Of a stretch of DNA of 64,000 nucleotides, positions 60,429 to 64,000 are shown piece after piece. The notes beneath the pieces were generated by a model, which saw only the letters and a program-made list of their open reading frames with translations, was not told the origin of the DNA and searched no databases. The first letter of the stretch is position 1; the number at the start of each line of letters is the position of its first letter. The stretch comes from Planctomycetota bacterium. Its GTDB lineage: Bacteria; Planctomycetota; PLA2; JAEUHO01. The DNA lies in the NCBI GenBank assembly GCA_050248855.1, contig JBFWRP010000001.1, positions 128,001 through 192,000 of the forward strand. The letters run 5' to 3'. The position numbers were made by a program, and so were the translations under genes.

Positions 60429-62255
60429 CTACCTCCCCGCATCCCGCACGTCGACCACCAGCAGGAGCACGTGGCCCCCGCGGACGGCGACGGCGGCGAT
60501 GAGGGGCTCGGCGCCCGAAGCCGCAACGGCGTGCCGGGCGGAGAGGTTGGTGCCTCCCCCGCCGACGAGGGCCAGCTGCACGCGCTCACCGCTCGGGCGG
60601 CGAAGCGCAAGCTGCCCGCCCCCGGGCGACGCCCACGTCGCCTCGGCCCGCACGTCGAGCACGCGCCCGGTCCCGGCGCGTTCCAGCGAGACGGACCCGA
60701 ACACGCCGTCGAACAGCGACCACGTCAGCGTGCTGAAGCCCGCGGCCTTCTCGGCGACTTCGGTGTCGAGGTCGATGAGTCCGGGCACGCTCTCGCCCAG
60801 GCGGAAGCTGCTGCGCAACCCCATCACGGACGGGAAGGCCTGGCCCGCCACCAGCACGGCGCCTTCGGCCTCGAGCGATGCGCGGCGTGCAGCTGGCAAG
60901 GGAAGTCCCGGGGCCAAGACGCCCATCCCCCCCGCCGCGCGCCACGTCTCCTCCGGAACGGCGAGCAGGTCGACGCGCGCGTCCAGGCCGCCGAGGTCCT
61001 CCTGCTCGGCGCGGAAGAGTGCCTGCCGGACGTTCTCGAGCAGCTCCGCGGGTCCTCGCAGGATCCCGGCGCCGGTCGTGGTCATGCCCCAGCTCGCGTT
61101 CTCCTGCAGCAAGCCCTCCGGATCGGCCGTCTGCACATAGCGCGCAAGGTGCTCCTCCAGGTCCACGTCGTACACCTCGCGGGCACCCAGCTCCAGCCGT
61201 CCGTGGCGGGCGCCCAGGCGCAGGGCCAGGCACTTGTGGTCGTCGCGCCCCTCGGCCATCGCGGGCGGCTCGCCGGGTGTGCTCACGGCGAGACGCAGCT
61301 GCTCGACCGTGTCGCCTCGGCGCCAGGTCACCACGCGCTCCTCGCGCCGTCCGTTGGGCAGGACGAACCCCGTACCGACCCGGCGCACCCGCGTGGTCGG
61401 CAACGTCAGCGTCGTGAGCTCGCTGGCGCGAAGCGGCCCCTGCAGACCCGCCACGTCGATGCGTGCCGTCTCGAGGTGCTCGACTTCGCCGACCCACAGC
61501 TCGACCACGCTGCGCGTCTCACCGGGCAACAGGCGGGCGTAGATCTCGTGGCCCTCCACGAGGTTGGCCACGAGCGGGTCGAGCACGACGCTGTCCTGCG
61601 CGATCTCCACGTGGGAGCCCACCACGCAAGGCAGCTCCTCCTTGACGAACGCGACAGGTACCCAGCGCCCCGGCAGGAGCAACGCGCGCCCCACGGCCCG
61701 CACGGAGGTCTCCGGGGCCACGCGTTCGAGCACGGCGTCGATGCGGCCCGTGGGAAACAAGGCCGAGAAGCACCACGCGGCTTGCCGACGCGCCTCGTCG
61801 GCCAGGCTCGCCGGCACCCGTACGAACGCCTTGTCGCCGACGACGTCGATGCCGGCCCCATCCGTCATCTCGAACGCGGCTGCAAGCGGGTGGGAGGCCT
61901 CCCGCAACAGCTCGCACCACTCGTCGGGCGAAGCCGCCCAGCGCTCGCCGTCCGGTTGCATCTCGAACGGCACGAACGGCGTGCGCTCGTCGGCGGGATC
62001 CTGGTTCCACGTCGCGACGATCCCCTCGGCCACCTCGGCGCGCGCGATGAGATCGGCGGGCGTCGCCAAGTTGGGGCCGCGTACGGGAGGCGGTCCCACC
62101 AGCGGCCCCAGGTCGAACACGAGCGTGACCAGGGGGTCCCGCGCGGGCTCTTGCTCGTCGCCGTCCGGCCAAGCGGCCGCGCCGCCGGCGACGACGAGCA
62201 CCCAGGTCGCCAAGAGGGTCGGCAGCATCCGGTGCGTGAGGCGAGGGGAACGCAT
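60429..62255 (-). CDS. Exported protein with two secretin-like segments
   Basis: Signal peptide; VEIAQDSVVLDP..EG and DTEVAEKAA...DG segments; GGAG before ATG 62255. Confidence 0.55.
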   Translation of the reverse strand: MRSPRLTHRMLPTLLATWVLVVAGGAAAWPDGDEQEPARDPLVTLVFDLGPLVGPPPVRGPNLATPADLIARAEVAEGIVATWNQDPADERTPFVPFEMQPDGERWAASPDEWCELLREASHPLAAAFEMTDGAGIDVVGDKAFVRVPASLADEARRQAAWCFSALFPTGRIDAVLERVAPETSVRAVGRALLLPGRWVPVAFVKEELPCVVGSHVEIAQDSVVLDPLVANLVEGHEIYARLLPGETRSVVELWVGEVEHLETARIDVAGLQGPLRASELTTLTLPTTRVRRVGTGFVLPNGRREERVVTWRRGDTVEQLRLAVSTPGEPPAMAEGRDDHKCLALRLGARHGRLELGAREVYDVDLEEHLARYVQTADPEGLLQENASWGMTTTGAGILRGPAELLENVRQALFRAEQEDLGGLDARVDLLAVPEETWRAAGGMGVLAPGLPLPAARRASLEAEGAVLVAGQAFPSVMGLRSSFRLGESVPGLIDLDTEVAEKAAGFSTLTWSLFDGVFGSVSLERAGTGRVLDVRAEATWASPGGGQLALRRPSGERVQLALVGGGGTNLSARHAVAASGAEPLIAAVAVRGGHVLLLVVDVRDAGR

Positions 62256-62365
62256 GGCAGGGTCTCCAGGTCGGGGCGGGGATGCAGCGAGCCCATGGCG
62301 GAGCCCGCTGCACCGTGAAGGGGTGCGCACTGGCGAGGCGTGGAACGGCGGGTAGGACGCCGTCG

Positions 62366-64000
62366 CTACACAGGTGGCCGCGGATCCGGTGGAGCGGCCG
62401 GGGGGGCCGCCGGGTCACCGCGCAGCTGCGCAGAGCCAGCCCGACCCGTCGGCGCACGCGGACGCGTCTCCGCGCGCCGCGACTCGCCGTGGCGCCGCAG
62501 GAAGGCCCTCGCGTGCTCGCCCTCGGAGAGCGCGATCTCGTCCAGCACGTCCTCGCGGTGGCGGGTGGCCAGGAGGGCCACGAGCGCCTCCTCGGCGCTC
62601 GGCTCCCGCTCGAGCCGCGCCACCAGGTGGCGCAGCGACTCCGCCCCGACGACACCACCGCCATCGATCAGCGCCACGAGGCGCTCATCGGCCGCGGGCA
62701 GCGGCGCCGCGGCCAGGGCGCCCAAGGCCTGCTCGCGCGTCGTGCCGCGCGCCGTGAGACGCACGAGGGCGTCCAGGCCCTCGCTGCCCGCGCGGGCCAG
62801 GGCGCGACACGCCGCGAAACGCACACCGTGCTGGCGTCGCGCAGCGTCTTCCAGCAGCTCGCGCTCGCGCTCGGCCACCGGCCCAAGGGCCTGCTCCGCG
62901 GCCCGGCGCACGGGTCCATCCAGGGCCGCGTCCTCGGCCAGGCGCGCGAGCGCCAACGCGCAGCCCACGCCCTCGGCGTCGGCCAGGTCGGCCACCGCCT
63001 GCATCGCGGCAGCCAGTGGTGCCCGACGCACCGTGGCTTCGAGCAGCGGCACGCCCTCGCTCCACCGCGCCTTGCCCACCACGACCCCCGCCACCTCGTT
63101 GCCGCGTTCGGCAGCACGCACCCACTCCCGCCGCGCGACGGGTGACAGGGCACGGAGCCGTTGCTGTACGAGGGGCCTAGCGAGGAGCGGCGCGATGCGC
63201 TCGGTGTTCCAGGTGCCCACGTCGGCGGGTCGAGCCACGTCCAGGGCGGCCGCGAGCGCAACGGCCGAGCGGTCGGCAAGCGGGACCACCAGCGAGCGCC
63301 AGCGCGCGCCAGCCCGCGCGCGCTCGGCGAGCACGGCAAGCGCGGCCTCCATGAGGTCCAGGCGCCCCGCAAGGGCCTCGCTTAGGGCGTGCTGCCCCTC
63401 GGCTCCCCCGCGAACCCAGAGCAGCAAGGCCACGGGCCCGGCGTCGGCGGTCTGCCCGCGTGCGCCCAAGGCCGCGGCATAGCCCCGGGCCTCGTCCGCC
63501 GAGAGGGACCACGGCATCCGTCGCCGCAACACGGCCGCGGCGCCGGGTGCGCCGCCGCCGGTGACGTGGCGCCAGAGCACCTCCGCGGCCGCGGGGCCCG
63601 CGCCCCGCAGGCGCGTACGAGCCAGGCCGTCGCCGGCCAGGGCCGCCGCGACCGTGCGCGCCAGACCATCGTCTCGATCGATGGATCGACCAGCGTCAAT
63701 CGCCTGGACGGATCCGTCGACCGGCAGCCTGGCCTCGCCGACAGGGGCGTCGGCTGGCCGGCTGGCGTGCTGCGAGCCCGAGCCCGAGCCCGTCGCGCCC
63801 CATGGCGCCACGCGGCCGCCCGCCAGCACGCCGACCCCCAGGGCCACCAGCAGCGCAACCGCCCAGCCCAGGCGGCGCCCGCGCAACCACCCGACCGGGG
63901 CGCCGCGCAGCTTGAGCCGGCCCTCGATGCGCCCGGCGGCTGCCTCGACGTCGATCCCGTGCGGGTCCCGAGGTCGCGCGGCGGCGAGCTGCTCCAGCGG
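62366..64000 (-). CDS. Membrane-anchored HEAT-like repeat protein, 5' end outside the window
   Basis: Frame is open to base 64000 (PLEQLAAARPRDPHGIDVE...); one TM (LGWAVALLVALGVGVLA); Ala/Arg-rich HEAT-like helices. Confidence 0.6.
   Translation of the reverse strand, partial: PLEQLAAARPRDPHGIDVEAAAGRIEGRLKLRGAPVGWLRGRRLGWAVALLVALGVGVLAGGRVAPWGATGSGSGSQHASRPADAPVGEARLPVDGSVQAIDAGRSIDRDDGLARTVAAALAGDGLARTRLRGAGPAAAEVLWRHVTGGGAPGAAAVLRRRMPWSLSADEARGYAAALGARGQTADAGPVALLLWVRGGAEGQHALSEALAGRLDLMEAALAVLAERARAGARWRSLVVPLADRSAVALAAALDVARPADVGTWNTERIAPLLARPLVQQRLRALSPVARREWVRAAERGNEVAGVVVGKARWSEGVPLLEATVRRAPLAAAMQAVADLADAEGVGCALALARLAEDAALDGPVRRAAEQALGPVAERERELLEDAARRQHGVRFAACRALARAGSEGLDALVRLTARGTTREQALGALAAAPLPAADERLVALIDGGGVVGAESLRHLVARLEREPSAEEALVALLATRHREDVLDEIALSEGEHARAFLRRHGESRRAETRPRAPTGRAGSAQLRGDPAAPPAAPPDPRPPV

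Overview
Very GC-rich, gene-dense chromosomal DNA, probably from a Planctomycetota/PVC bacterium. This assignment is an inference from a PVC-restricted Minf_1886-type protein, an OmcB/DUF11-like protein, a second DnaA-like gene and many exported TPR/HEAT proteins. About 50 CDS. Housekeeping genes (accB/accC, asd, moaC, tmk, holB, glyA, lgt, tyrS, rpsA, cmk, aroA, purC) are interleaved with envelope and secreted proteins of unusual architecture. I found no transposase, integrase, CRISPR array, rRNA or tRNA. Best leads: (1) a dispersed intergenic element (7423-7638, 60205-60404, fragment at 27761) with a ~28-bp stem carrying compensatory changes and a 96-nt tandem unit with a run of synonymous-only differences; (2) a degenerate DnaA paralog coupled to a TPR-metallopeptidase upstream of tmk-holB; (3) a 6S-like rod RNA; (4) a leaderless -10/start pattern at about ten genes; (5) odd proteases (S41 with a Ca-binding-like repeat insert, a solute-binding protein-metzincin fusion, a peptidase/ATP-grasp pair); (6) two apparent pseudo-enzymes, an archaeal-type GlyA and an AroA with a CP4-like glyphosate-site motif. 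All family calls come from motif recognition by eye; no database search was run.
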